From: Octopus vulgaris
Lineage: Eukaryota
DNA: 64,000 nt
Assembly (NCBI GenBank): GCA_951406725.2
Contig: OX597820.1
Coordinates: 48,546,001-48,610,000 of the forward strand
Direction: 5' to 3'
This document shows positions 37,028-50,226 of this stretch, in pieces (position 1 is the first letter of the stretch; each line of letters begins with the position of its first letter). Under the pieces are notes generated by a model. That model was not told where the DNA came from, searched no databases, and saw only the letters and a program-made list of their open reading frames with translations. A program made the position numbers and the translations under genes.

Positions 37028-39432
37028 AAAGGATTTGGAGTGACAAGAAGGCGTACAACATAAATGCAGACTGGATTATACAAACTGAAGGATCCTACCA
37101 AAATTTACAACAACAAGCATGGGAAGACATCACAATAGCAGACCTAAGAAAGGCACTCACGAAGGCCCATAATTGGAAATCCCCCGGTAAAGATAGGGTG
37201 CCGAATTTCTGGCTCGCATCGCTCCCGTGCGCACACGGTAAGCTAGTTCAGCTGCTCAATGGAATTATGAGAGACCCAAAGAAAACACCTGAATGGTTAG
37301 CAAGTGGCATTACTTACCTACTCCCAAGGAATAACGAAACCAACCTTCCAAAAAACTATCGGCCTATAACCTGTCTATCCACCACGTATAAAATCCTAAC
37401 ATCTATCCTGGCGGAGAAAACATATACATTCATGGAAAAGAACGATATTTTCCCCACTGAACAAAAAGGGTGCCGCCGAGGCTCTTACGGATGCAAAGAT
37501 CAACTGCTAATCAATCGTATGATCCTTGAGAACTGTCACAACAAGCGCAGAAATCTCAGCACCGCATGGATTGACTATAAAAAGGCCTTCGACAGTATAC
37601 CGCATCCATGGATCTTGAGATCGCTGGACATCTTCAAAATTCCCCCTGTGATTTCAAACTTCCTGAAGCACAATATGTCGTTGTGGAATACGAATCTCCA
37701 ATTATACCACTCTAATGGAGTACTTGCCTCAGAAAATATAAACATCAACTGTGGAATTTTTCAAGGTGACTCACTTTCACCTTTAATATTCTGCATAGCC
37801 CTAATACCCCTTACAAGTGAATTAAACAGAACAGGGTATGGGTATAAAATTGCCAATAAAAAAATAAGCCATCTATTTTATATGGATGACTTAAAACTTT
37901 ATGGTAAAGACAATAATGAACTTGAAGGCCTATTGCGCACCGTGAAATCATTCAGCGATGACATCGGGATGGAGTTTGGACTTGAGAAGTGTGCCAAGGC
38001 CACTTTCCAGAAAGGGAAAGTGAAGACCACAAATTCAGTCGTGTTAGATGTTGACACAGTCATAAGAGAGCATGAGCAAGAACAAACATACAAATATTTA
38101 GGGATAAATGAAGGCTCTGGTATTCAGCATGCAAGCATGAAAGAGAAAATCAGGAAGGAATGTTATAGGAGAGTTCGTGCAGTCCTGAAATCTGAACTAA
38201 ATGCACGTAACAAGGTGTTAGCTATAAATTCCCTAGCAGTTCCAGTTGTTACTTATAGCTACAATGTGTTGAACTGGAATATGAGTGAAGTAAAGAATAT
38301 AGATAGAAAAATACGCAAGCTGCTGAGTTGTAATAGGATGCACCACCCAAAGGCAGACGTAGATCGCCTTTACCTTCCCAGAGCCCAAGGAGGTCGAGGC
38401 CTGATCCAATTTGAACTAGCTTACAAAACAACCACAATTGGACTGGCCAAATATCTCGAAATATCGAATGACTGGATGCTAAAGCTCGTGGAAAATCACG
38501 AGAGACGAAAGAAGCTTCATTCTATCATCAAGGAAAGCAAAACATTTGCTATTGATCTCGTGCAGGATACCCAAACTGAACAACCCGAGGGAAGTACGGC
38601 AACTATTGTTGCAAAGAAGGTGAAAATGATGGCAATGAAAAAAGCGCACGAGCAATTGGCTGATAGGTGGGAGGAGAAACCTCTGCACGGCAAATATGTG
38701 ACCCGCAGCAAACAAGCTGATGTTGACCAGAAGCAAACCCATCAGTGGCTACGGAGCTCAGGGCTAAAAGCAGAGAGCGAAGGTTTCATCCTGGCTGCTC
38801 AAGACCAAAGCCTATCAACCCGGAACTACCAGGCCAATGTGATGAAAAATGGAGCAGACCCAAAATGCCGATTCTGCAACGACATTATTGAAACAGTGGA
38901 CCACCTAATCTCTGGATGTAAAGTCTTAGCACCAGTGGAGTATAAATTAAGATATGACAGAGTTGGCCAATATCTCCATTGGCTAATAAGTCGGCATTAC
39001 AATATCAAAACTGCCGACAAGTGGTATAATCACCACCCTGAGGCTGTAACTGAAGGAGAAAATGTAACCATTCTGTGGGACTTTCCAGTACATACAGACC
39101 GAACCATCAAGGCCAATAAACCAGATATTGTTGTGAAAGACCAAAACAATAAAGTTTGCTTATTGATCGACATGAGCATCCCCTGTGATCATAATATCTC
39201 AGCGAAAGATTTTGACAAGCTCAGAAAATATAAAGACCTACTCATTGAAATTGAGAAAATGTGGCATCTCAAGGCGGTTACAATACCAGTGATCGTAGGA
39301 GCACTAGGAATGATCAAGAAGGGAACCGAAAATTATATGAGAATGATCCCTGGCTTACCATCCCTGCAAGAAGTGCAAAAGATTGTCTTAACTGGTACAT
39401 CACACGTATTGAGAAGAGCATTGTCGATGTGA
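37003..39432 (+). CDS. R4/Dong ORF: RT, CCHC zinc knuckle and PD-(D/E)xK endonuclease
   Basis: WKSPGKD, NYRPITCL, WIDYKKAFDS, GIFQGDSLSP, HLFYMDD, CRFC..H...C, RYD (RHD position) and KPDIVV..LIDM..KY. Confidence 0.93.
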   Translation: MEEVQNFLKRIWSDKKAYNINADWIIQTEGSYQNLQQQAWEDITIADLRKALTKAHNWKSPGKDRVPNFWLASLPCAHGKLVQLLNGIMRDPKKTPEWLASGITYLLPRNNETNLPKNYRPITCLSTTYKILTSILAEKTYTFMEKNDIFPTEQKGCRRGSYGCKDQLLINRMILENCHNKRRNLSTAWIDYKKAFDSIPHPWILRSLDIFKIPPVISNFLKHNMSLWNTNLQLYHSNGVLASENININCGIFQGDSLSPLIFCIALIPLTSELNRTGYGYKIANKKISHLFYMDDLKLYGKDNNELEGLLRTVKSFSDDIGMEFGLEKCAKATFQKGKVKTTNSVVLDVDTVIREHEQEQTYKYLGINEGSGIQHASMKEKIRKECYRRVRAVLKSELNARNKVLAINSLAVPVVTYSYNVLNWNMSEVKNIDRKIRKLLSCNRMHHPKADVDRLYLPRAQGGRGLIQFELAYKTTTIGLAKYLEISNDWMLKLVENHERRKKLHSIIKESKTFAIDLVQDTQTEQPEGSTATIVAKKVKMMAMKKAHEQLADRWEEKPLHGKYVTRSKQADVDQKQTHQWLRSSGLKAESEGFILAAQDQSLSTRNYQANVMKNGADPKCRFCNDIIETVDHLISGCKVLAPVEYKLRYDRVGQYLHWLISRHYNIKTADKWYNHHPEAVTEGENVTILWDFPVHTDRTIKANKPDIVVKDQNNKVCLLIDMSIPCDHNISAKDFDKLRKYKDLLIEIEKMWHLKAVTIPVIVGALGMIKKGTENYMRMIPGLPSLQEVQKIVLTGTSHVLRRALSM

Positions 39433-39605
39433 GAACTGTTGCTGCTCATGTATTTTAATTTAACTTTAAAAAAAAAAAAAAAAAATGAACGAACTACTGA
39501 GTTTGGTTTAATGGCCTACCAATATACACTATGAGTTTCTTTGCCCTAGGAGTCGGGAAGACACTCGGCAAGAAATGGAAGAAATTTGAAAGAAGAAAAA
39601 AAAAA

Positions 39606-39639
<34 letters not shown>

Positions 39640-39654
39640 TATAATAATAATAAC

Positions 39655-39727
<73 letters not shown>

Positions 39728-39729
39728 TA

Positions 39730-41415
39730 TCTTAGGATGGAGATCCTGCCAGTGACGGTGTCATGAAAAAAACTTCTGGTGGCTGTGCGACCCAAAATTC
39801 ACTAACCCTCATCATGACTGCTGGGATGAGGCTGGAACAACGGCGTCAAAGAGGCTGGAACCCCTTGTGAAGGTCTCTCACTCAGTGGGTGCCTCACGAG
39901 TGAGCAGCGTGGGCCCAGTCATCATGAAGCAACTGTTAAAAGAATGTGGACGAAAGAAATGAATGTGACGTTATAGATTGCTAATTTCTGGGTAATCCGA
40001 GAAATAATAAGGAAGTGCCCATTAGGGTATATAAGAAAAAAATGCACATGGCATGGAGCGACAAAGGTATATTTGAATTAAGTGAACAAAATCTATGTGA
40101 CCAATCTAGAGCCATTAGAATGAATGAATGGTTATCTCCAGTTGAACTAGAAAGCATTATGAGACGGGTGCGTAGGTATGATAAGACCAGCGGTGAACGG
40201 AATGATGAGGAAGAGAATGCAGAGAGTGAAACTATGGCAGTAGAGTTCAATGAAGAAAACGAGCATGAGGCTGAGATAATTGATCAGGAAAGCGATAAGA
40301 AAACCGAGCAACAGATATCGATTTTAAATGAGATCATTGATACTTGGACTTCTGGTGAACAGAGCTTTTATACGGGGTTTAGAAAAAGTAGACAGAAACA
40401 AACTCAATGAATGGGCCGGAAAATAAATGAAATCTCTGGAGATATCAGGATTGACAACATCTCAGATACCTACAGTCTGATAAATTCAATCGCGATCTTT
40501 ATAGCTCGGAAGTTAGGTTTGAAAGCCAACGGTATATGTCGACATAACCTGGAGGAACCATGGCGGAAAAGTAAACTATTAACGAGACCAGAAAACATAT
40601 TAATATTCTGGAACAGAAAAAAGAAGAAAAGAGGCTCATCGAGAGAAATATGTTGAGCCAGAGAGGAAGTATAGGGTGAAGGGAAAGGGAATCAATGTTG
40701 TGATTCAGGAATTAAAACAGAGGTTGAAAACTAAAGCACATACATTAAAGAGATATGAAGAGAGAATTGAGCAAAACAGATTAAACAGTCTTTTCGAACA
40801 AAGTTATGTACGAGTCTATCAGGAACTCAATGGGAAAGAAAAAGGTGAAAAGGCCGTGCCAGATGCTGGAGAAAGCAAACGATTCTGGACAAACATGCGG
40901 TGTAAGGAGAAACAACACGAAACTGAAGCAGAGTGGTATCAGCAGGAGGATTTGTGAATAACTGAGGAGATGATTTTGGCTTAAAATCTTGACAGCTCTG
41001 CACAGGAAAATTGCAAGACAGCTGGACAAAATACTGAGTAGTGACATCCAAAAACAGGCCAGGATAACAAAAGGAGGAACGGTACTATGCCAGAGGGACC
41101 CAAATAAAGACACAGTCAGTTCTTGAAGAATAAAGATATGGTTCATTGGAAAAGAACCTGGCAATGGCTGCGGAAAGGAGACTTAAAAGGGCCCACTGAG
41201 GCATTGGTTTGCAGCGCCCAAGAACAAGCTCTCAGAACAAACTACTCCAAATATCACATTAATAAAAGCGCTAACTCGCCACAGTGTAGGATGTGCTCTA
41301 AGAAGGGGGAAATTATAAGCAATATTGTGAGTACTGTAAGTTCAACACAATGCGAATACAAAAGGAGACACGACAATGTGACCAAATATATCAACTGGCT
41401 GTTCTGTGTTAAATC
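39730..41415 (+). pseudogene. Second, diverged R4/Dong element, internally deleted and 3'-truncated
   Basis: SEQNLCDQSRAIRMNEWL, ELKQRL..LKRY, PDAGESKRFW, then a jump to WQWLRKGDLK..AQEQALRTN..CRMC..RRHDNV; the RT core is missing. Confidence 0.85.
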
Positions 41416-41551
41416 AAACGGTTTATTGTGCTACAGTTCACACCGTCCTTTCTTTTACACTACATACATGCATGATCAACCAATTGCTTTCCTCTACTCG
41501 TGATTTTTAAGGCTTGTTTTCTATGTATAATTTTTAACTGTTAACTCATTA

Positions 41552-41553
<2 letters not shown>
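41416..41553 (+). repeat. Copy of 42935-43046 + 43594-43619 lacking the mariner insertion
   Basis: High identity by eye; followed by (AAT)n. Confidence 0.9.
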
Positions 41554-41644
<91 letters not shown>

Positions 41645-43046
41645 AATAATAATAATAACAACAACAACAACATTAATAGCAATGTAGTGAGATACAAACA
41701 TCAGTAAGGTGAATGTAGATTTTCTGCATACGATAATGTTGATGTATTAAAAAGTATTGAAAACAATAATTAACAGATAAAATGTAATAAAAAATACAAA
41801 TAAGAGAATGCAAATTTTATTTGAACTGGGGTGGGGGATATAGAAATGAAACCCATGACTGTGAATGGGCAGCAAAGTGGCAGATGTAGCGAAAGAGTGT
41901 GCGGTTGATATGTCAAAAGGTTAAAAATGGTAAAACGTTTTTTAAAAAATTGTTAAAGTTGGTCGTGAATTTGACTACATACGTTGGGAAAGGTTTGCGG
42001 TTTGTTATCAGTCGGGAATCGTGTGGGAGTGTGGTGAGACAGTTTTAATGTTTCAGGAGGAGGGAGATAATAAGCCAGATAAAATAAAAATGAGAAAATA
42101 AAGAAAGAATAGAATTAAAACAAACTAAAAATTATGGGAAGGTGAAGAAGAAGATAATGAGGAATATAAAAAAGGAGGAAATGGAAAGGAAAAAAATATT
42201 AAGATAAGTGATGATAAAGAAATATAATATTTGAATTTGTAGGAGGTAATTAAAGTCAAAATATGTTACAAATAACATAAAGCTCCGAAACTATTAGGGG
42301 AAAATATTATGTACGAAAATTTTTTAAAATGTATAAAAAATAAGTACAAGTTCATAAATTGTACGGTTTGTTACTAAGAAAATCTGGATAAATAGCAAAA
42401 ATACGCTGTGTAGTGTATAAGAGTGTCTGGAATACAAATTTAAATGTGAAGGAAGGGGGAAACTAGAGAGTACAGAGGTTTCAGAAGGAATTATTAACTT
42501 ATCCAAGAGTAGAATTGATGTAGGAATAATATAATGGAGACATGTAAGCTAAATAACTGGACTAAATTAAGATATTTGGACAAAAAATGCGAAACAATAA
42601 AATTGTCTGATAAAAATATCATAGTTGTTGAAAATAGTACTGATTGTATAGATTAAAAACGATAAGAATTGAATGGTATTATGATGGGAGTGTTGTGGCT
42701 GCACGTCGAACGTCGAAATTACGAATGTACGTCGCAGAAACATACATTTTCCACCAAACCATAGATACCACAATTTGTTGAATAAAAACAACATGAATAT
42801 CTCAGTCTATCAAATCATAACTTCTTACAAATTACAGTAAATTTTAACCAGAAGGAAATAAAAACCTAATAATACAAATCTGAAGTGCAACTGCAATAAC
42901 ACATGACTTCTCTTAGGGAAATTTGTCACAAAAGAAACGGTTTATTGTGCTACAGTTCACACTGTCCTTTCTTTTACACTACATATATGCATGATCAACC
43001 TATTGCTTTCCTCTACTCGTGGTTTTTAAGGCTTGTTTTCTATGTA

Positions 43047-43591
43047 TTGGGTTGTCCGTAAAGTTCGTGCCGATTTTAAAGGAAAGAAAAATATCACTTT
43101 TAATCAACTAAATAGGAACCATTTTGCTGCACAATGCGTCTCCATCTTTCCTTTAACTTGAAAATACCCTCTTCCCAGAATTGATGTGGTTTCATGGCAA
43201 ATGATTCATCAAGGTATCTTTTTACGTCATCCAAAGAATAGAAATATATACCATTAAGACTATTCTGCAGAGGCCTGAATAAGTGGAAATCCGAAGGAGC
43301 AATATCTAGTGAATATGGAGGGTGGGGTAACACATCCCAGCCGAGCTGTAGCAATTTTTGTCTGGTTCCCAAAGCATCAAGTGCCGAAAATGAACATTCT
43401 TATCTCCTATTTTAAAGGGTTACAAAATTAACACAGGTTATAGGAACATAAACCTTCTTCCACGAAAAGATAGCTTAAACAGTGCTCTAAATGGCGGTGT
43501 AGTCAAATCGTATTTTATGAACTCAACCATGTTCTAAAATAATTCGAACGGTAAGCTGCTATAAATCGGCACCAACTTTCCGGAAAACTAG
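43047..43591 (-). mobile_element. Internally deleted mariner element
   Basis: ~30-bp TIRs (TTGGGTTGTCCGTAAAGTTCGTGCCGATTT), TA TSD, and N-terminal VHFRHLML joined to C-terminal HPPYSLDIAPSDFHLF..RWRRIVQQNGSY. Confidence 0.9.
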
Positions 43592-46095
43592 TATAAGTTT
43601 TAACTGTAAACACATTAAAAACTGGTAAAACTATATAATAGGTTTTAGGAAATTCTTTCGCATAGCTAAAATATACGATCGTAATAAAAGAACATTATCA
43701 AGCTTGTGCCACTAAATTATCTCAAATCTGAAAATAGATGCTACCTAATAAACATTGTGAAATAATCTCCTCTTTATGGTGTACATATTTGGTGTCACTA
43801 AATATCTAAATCATAAAATGCAATGAATACTTACTGCTTACAAGCAGATAGCCATGACTTTAATAAAAGAATAAACATATCAATAAAGAAATAGGTAACG
43901 ACACCCCCTTAAGGTAGACAGTCAATTCATTCAATTTCTACTCTATGAAATTCAATACAAAATGGATGGTTTGTATTGTCGTTCGGTTTTATTCTGATGA
44001 CATTCAACACGTAATATTGCTGCTTACGCTACGCTATTTGTTTATAAAGTGTGTCTATTAGTCGAGATTATATATATATATTCTTTGAAATTTTATGCAT
44101 TTCGATGTGACTGAACTCGAGTTTTCATATAATTATGTAACTTTACAGAAGTTTGTAAGTACATGTTTGTGTGTGTGTATGTGTGTGAACGTAAATATAA
44201 ACGTATATGAAAATATGAAGTTGTTCGTATTCATATAAATTAGGTATGTATATTCATACGTGTATCAATGAATATGCGTTTCCCTGGGTCGATAAGTGTC
44301 AATATAAACATTTGTTCCATGTGTTTCCATACATTTCTTAGTAAATATTCATATTTCTACGTCTATATATGTTTCTATGTACTTGTGGTTATGAATATAT
44401 ATATGTGTGTGTGTGCAAGTGTGTATGCGTGTGTGTATAAGTGTGCTTTTGTGCGTACACATATATATGGAATTGTTTATGGGAGTTAAACGCATTTTCT
44501 TTGGCATTTATATAAGGTTATGTGTTTCCATACTTCCTTTTCTTTACTGTCTATGCATATTTATATACGCATGACTTTCATTTTGCATAGTCTTATACAA
44601 CTAATACTACATGATTTCCATTTCGTATATACTTCAATATTTCAACTGAACTATCCAAATTATTTTATGTAAATTTACAAATCATTACTTTACATATTTT
44701 TTCCTACCTTTTTACACGGTACACCGTTCTATACAATTTTACGTAATACATTTTACTTATTTAAATATTTTACTGATTTACAATCTGCATATTTAACTAC
44801 ACCGATCTATACAAATTTACTTATTTTACATTAAATATAATTTTCCGTTGCACTGAGTTAAACTACCTTACATGTATGTATTTAGAAACGAGATTTCGTT
44901 CACGTTTTTATGTTCAGCGGAACTTCTTAGGATACCATAAGTGAAATTTAATGTATTTTCATAGTGAACCCCTTATATATTTTTATGTAGTTAATGTTGT
45001 AATATATCTCTGCTATCAGTTTCACACCGGTAATCAAGTGCTAGTATTTATTGCAAGTTTAATTTAAAATATTGAGTTTAGCACGAATTTACTTGCACTC
45101 TTTGTAGTTCTTAGTGACTTCAATAAGATCAAAATAAATAAATGGCTTCAAAAATGTGAACTTAACGCACGTATATATTCGCTCGCACACACACAAACAC
45201 GCTCACACATGCGCGTGCACACAAACACACACACACACACACACGCAACTTGAGTTATGCAATATTCATAGTGATATTTACATTTTTTTAAATATCTTTT
45301 ACATAATAATTTGCTAACATCTGTTTTGAACTAATGCATAACATAGACTCGAATCTTTTAGGGAAATTTATAAACAAAAATTATATATATTTGGCCATTA
45401 GTACAGCATATAAAAACAACGCACATCCACAAAAACACACACTTAGAAATGCTTAAGCATCTATATTTATATACATATGCACACATGCACATACGTGCAG
45501 ATACACGCACGGACACATGCGTATATAATATACCCTCTCACTACAACTCGAAGTATTTTAAAAATAAAACATTTAAACCCTCACTTTAATTACTTCATTT
45601 AATTAAAAGATGGAATACATCCTCAGTCCATTTTCCCACTTCACCGATTCCTGACCTTTATTCAATTAATTAATAATTTTTATTTCTTCCTTTTAAAATT
45701 CATTCATGCTTTTTATATCATTTAATTCATATTTCTTTGTTTATATTTCTTATCCCTTATTATTCTTTATTTACTAATTTAAATATTGTTTATATATTAT
45801 ATAGATTTTTCTTTTTCTTCATGACTATATAATAATTTTTTATGAGCTTGGCTCATAAAAATTTCTTTCTGACCTTTGTAATTTTTTCATTAGATTTCTA
45901 TTATGAATGATAAGCATAAAATTTCCTATCAATGCTAATTTAGCAATAAATGTTAATTTTACTACCTCTAAGTAGCCTCATTTTAATGTAGTTTACCTTC
46001 TGATTTCTTATAAAATTCCAGAGGTAAATATTTTCACTCATTGAATAAACCCTCTTGCGAAAATTAAAGGACCACTCACAAGCATTTTATTTTCG

Positions 46096-46470
46096 GCGTA
46101 GGCGTGATTGTCTGGTAAGAAACTTGCTTCTCAACCAAATGATTTCGGGTTCAGTCACACTGCGTAGCGCCTTGCGCAGTTGTGTTCGACGAAAGCCTTG
46201 TGAGTGGATTTGGTAGACGGAAACTAACAGAAACCCGTCGTATGTGTGTGTATGTGTGTGTGTGTTCTTGTACCACCTCTATCGCTTGCCAACTGTTGCT
46301 GCTGTGTTTATGTACCCGGAACTTAGTGGTTCGGGAAAAGAGACTGATAGAATAAGTACTAGGTTTGCAAAGAATTATTCGTGGGGACCATTTCTTCGAC
46401 TAAACAATTTCAAGGTGGTGCTCCAGCATTGTCACAGTCAAATGAGTGAAACAATTAAAAGGATAAAAGA
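46096..46470 (+). mobile_element. SINE family C
   Basis: Colinear with 21570-21925; internal (TG)n. Confidence 0.8.
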
Positions 46471-46856
46471 ATGCATTTGAAGAACAAAAGATAGCGACAA
46501 AATACTTGGTGAACAGAAGAAATAGTGTAGCCCTTGCCGCCCCAAGATGTAATCCATGGTGTGGATTATGCCATTGCTATGGAAGACGTCACATGTGTAA
46601 TTAGAAGCTGCCCAAAAAGTCAAGAACATACTCCTCTATATGTGACACAAAGCTTCATTAAAAAAAAATATACGATAACGTTCGAAAAAAAGACTGCCTT
46701 GGAATAACATAAACTCCGCTGTTATTGAATATGAACATACATACACAAACGTCAACACAGGAAATATTTGTGGAACAATTCATCAAGACTTCTGTTAAGT
46801 GTAAACGTAACATACCAGATACTGTCATTTGGGACAGACATGAAAATGTATATATG

Positions 46857-47100
46857 TTAGTTAGTTAGTTAGTTAATTTGGCTCAAAAGCAAATAGCAAG
46901 GCCATGTAGGGGGACATGGAGTTAAGTACAGGGTGGTGTTCATGTAAAGAGTTCAGGCCACTTGAGGTCCAGGGAGGCTTTGAACAAAGCGGTCGTCGGC
47001 ATCTTCACCATCTCGTCTGGCAGCTTGTTCCACGGATCCGCAACCCGGACGGAGAAAGCTCCTCTCCTTCGATTGAGATGAAATCGTCGCAGGTAGAGCG
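46857..47100 (-). mobile_element. CR1-type LINE 3' end
   Basis: RRREAFSVRVADPWNKLPDEMV..FKASLD..* followed by a short 3' UTR and a (CTAA)n tail. Confidence 0.85.
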
Positions 47101-47554
47101 ATATATATATCCTTAGAAGTCAGCTGCCTTGCCCGATGTGAATATCCCTTCGAAAATCAAAGAAAAGGAGGATAACTACCGACAACAGTTTCAAAACTTT
47201 CAGCTTCTATATCCAAATTATAAATTCACATTTTATAGTAACAATAATCAATGGACTTGGCTTTGTAAGCAAATGCTCAAGTGACAATGTGGATAAACTA
47301 GGGTTTTAATAAAAAGAAATCAAAACAGCTAATTCGCATGTTACAAATGCAATCTGATAGTGGAACACTGAAAATGTGCAAGACTCTTCTTCCTCAACTT
47401 CAGCATGTGGATTTTCTCATGTTATGCATATTCTAACGATGGAACATTGTATGTTTGTTAAAAGGCTACTCCTTATTCACAAGATTTCAACAGAAGAGAA
47501 CATACATATATGTGTGTGTGTGTGTGTCTATAAATATGGGTATATATATGATTT

Positions 47555-47952
47555 ATGTACTTCAGGGAGATACGACCCTGTCTGACATGTGTCACGGGCT
47601 CAGCTGGCTCCGGCTGACAATACCCGGTATGGGCCCCTATCCAGAGTTACGGAAAGGAGACAACCTTCAAAGAAATCTGGAATGAAACGCCGTTGGCGGT
47701 TTAGTGTTCGACTCGATACTATTCCGGCAGCTCCTGCAACCAAGTTGGTGCCAAACGTAATGCTCTGCACTCCTTTGGACTACGTCAGCAAGGTCGAGAG
47801 AGGAATTCTGACGATTAGGTTACCCAAGATTTTCTTACATCTAACCCAGGCCTGGAGAAAAAACTGGAGAGGACATGAAATGTAAAAACCAGACTGGATT
47901 AGTTTAAGCGCAACTCCATTGTCTCTCGTGACAAAAGGATGCCAACAACAAC
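47555..47952 (+). repeat. Unclassified GC-richer insertion ending in (AAC)n, probably retroposon-derived
   Basis: Composition shift and a simple-repeat tail between microsatellites; no second copy in the window. Confidence 0.35.
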
Positions 47953-47956
47953 ATTT

Positions 47957-48044
<88 letters not shown>

Positions 48045-48530
48045 TGTGTATGTGTGTGTGTGAGTGTGTGTGTGTGTGTGTGTGTTTATCTTCTATATTT
48101 TAAAACTATATGTTTCTTATGGAATTCCGGTAGCGCGTGCGCAACCGTATACAGGAACCTCTTTTATACTACCCCTAGCTGAAATGTTCATGACAGGACT
48201 ACAGTTTATGCGCATGCACCAACACAAGTAATTCCCCATTTGAATGTTTACTAGCCAAACATTGCGCATACGAATATCTCTACAAGTTCATTTGCTATTT
48301 GTGTGTGATATAAGCCATTCAAATATATTCATTGTTATTTTGTTACATATTCATTATCATTAATACTGTGTGTTTTCTTCTTGATTATTCAATACTGATA
48401 ATACTTTGTTTTAAGCCTGTTTCAGTTACCGAAAACATTTTGTGTTGAAATCTTTTCGGTCGTACGATTCACTCTCATAATTACAGTATGTATTTCATTG
48501 TCCTTTTTCAGTTAATATTATTCATTTATT

Positions 48531-48748
48531 AAGGCAGCGAGGTGGCAGAATCGTTAAGCACGCCGGGCGAAATGCTTAGCGGTATTTCGTCTGTCTTTAC
48601 ATTCTGAGTCCAAATTCCGCTGAAGTTGACTTTTTCCTTTCATCCTTTTGGGGTCGATAAAGTAAGTATCAGTTGAGTACTGGGGTTCGATCTAGTCGAC
48701 TGCTCCCACTCCCCCAAAATTTCGGGCCGTGTGCCTAGAGTAGAAAAG
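48531..48748 (+). mobile_element. SINE family A, tail variant 1
   Basis: Flanked by the 17-bp repeat AATATTATTCATTTATT. Confidence 0.88.
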
Positions 48749-48765
48749 AATATTATTCATTTATT

Positions 48766-48997
48766 AGGGCGGCGAGCTGGCAGAATCCTTAGCACGTCGG
48801 TCGAAATGCGTAGCGGTATTTCGTCTGTCTTTACGTTCTGAGTTCAAATTCCGCCGAGATCGACTTTGATTTTTATCCTTTCGGGGTCAATTAAACAAGT
48901 ACCAGTTACGCACTGTGGTCTATGTAATCGGCTTAATCCCTTGACTGTCCTTGTTTGTCCCCTCTATGTTTAGCCTCCTGTAGACAATAGGGAAATA
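48766..48997 (+). mobile_element. SINE family A, tail variant 2
   Basis: Flanked by the same 17-bp repeat. Confidence 0.88.
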
Positions 48998-49699
48998 AAT
49001 ATTATTCATTTATTTATCATTGTTCTTACTATTAAATGCGCGTTCGAGTTGGCAAAATACTTAACGCTTCAACTTCCACAAATATATCAGGAACCCCATG
49101 CGCGGGCCATCCTCCTGGCGCAGTTTGAGCTTGTGTTCTTTCTATTGGTCAAGACGGCTGACAGCAGCAAGGAGATATCTATTTTTGAAGAGAGATGCAT
49201 CTACCGAACCATGGACAAGATAACTATCATAAGCCCTTCATTTACCAAGGCATTTCAGTCAGACAAAACCGAACAACCATAGTTGCCATGACCGCTTCCC
49301 ACAGTTCATCTTTGCTTGACCATCAAAATACTTGGTGTTTCTTTAAAAATATCCTCGCCCACAGATTGTAGAGGGCAGGTAGAAAGATTGTTGTCTTGTT
49401 CATTTCGAGGCGCAGACTTTCATCCCCTTCCATACTCGAGAAGATTTAAAACAATATTTCCAAATAAAATCCTGACCTTCTTCAGGGCAATTAATTTAAA
49501 TACGGAGAAAGAGTTGGTAATATCGATATTTACTGACAAAAAACTTTAGAATGATGCTGATGCTCATGATGATGATGATGACTATAACGTAAATAATAAT
49601 AATGATAACAATAATATAAATATTGATATTAATAATAATACTACTACTAATGATAATAATGATAATAATAATATTAATAATAATAATAATAATGATAAT

Positions 49700-49762
<63 letters not shown>

Positions 49763-50070
49763 CATGATGATTTCGAGGGGTTTTATTGTATAGGCATTTA
49801 GCCAATTTTCATGTGTGCTGTTGATATCGATTCAATAAAATATTCTGTGATAATGCTGTTAGAACTGAAACCAGTAGAATGAAATACTGTAAAGCATGTA
49901 GCAAAAATGCTTTATCGTTTCTGTCAACAATAATTATTTTTCATTTTTGTACTTCGGCAAAAAGCCAGTTTATGACTGGGACGTGGAAGGCCCAGCGTTT
50001 AAGTCAAGGACAACCGATTGAGATATACAGACATGCATGCGTACATACGTACATGTGTGTATACGTATGC

Positions 50071-50226
<156 letters not shown>

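Larger units (their letters stand above)
35635..39606 (+). mobile_element. Near full-length R4/Dong-clade non-LTR retrotransposon in (TAA)n
   Basis: RT, CCHC finger and restriction-like endonuclease; (TAA)n on both sides; 3' UTR hairpin (TTTCTTTGCC..GGCAAGAAA). Confidence 0.92.

Noticed and set aside
41850-42560. Possible CR1/L2-like relic on the minus strand
   Set aside because: Only compositional and very weak motif hints.
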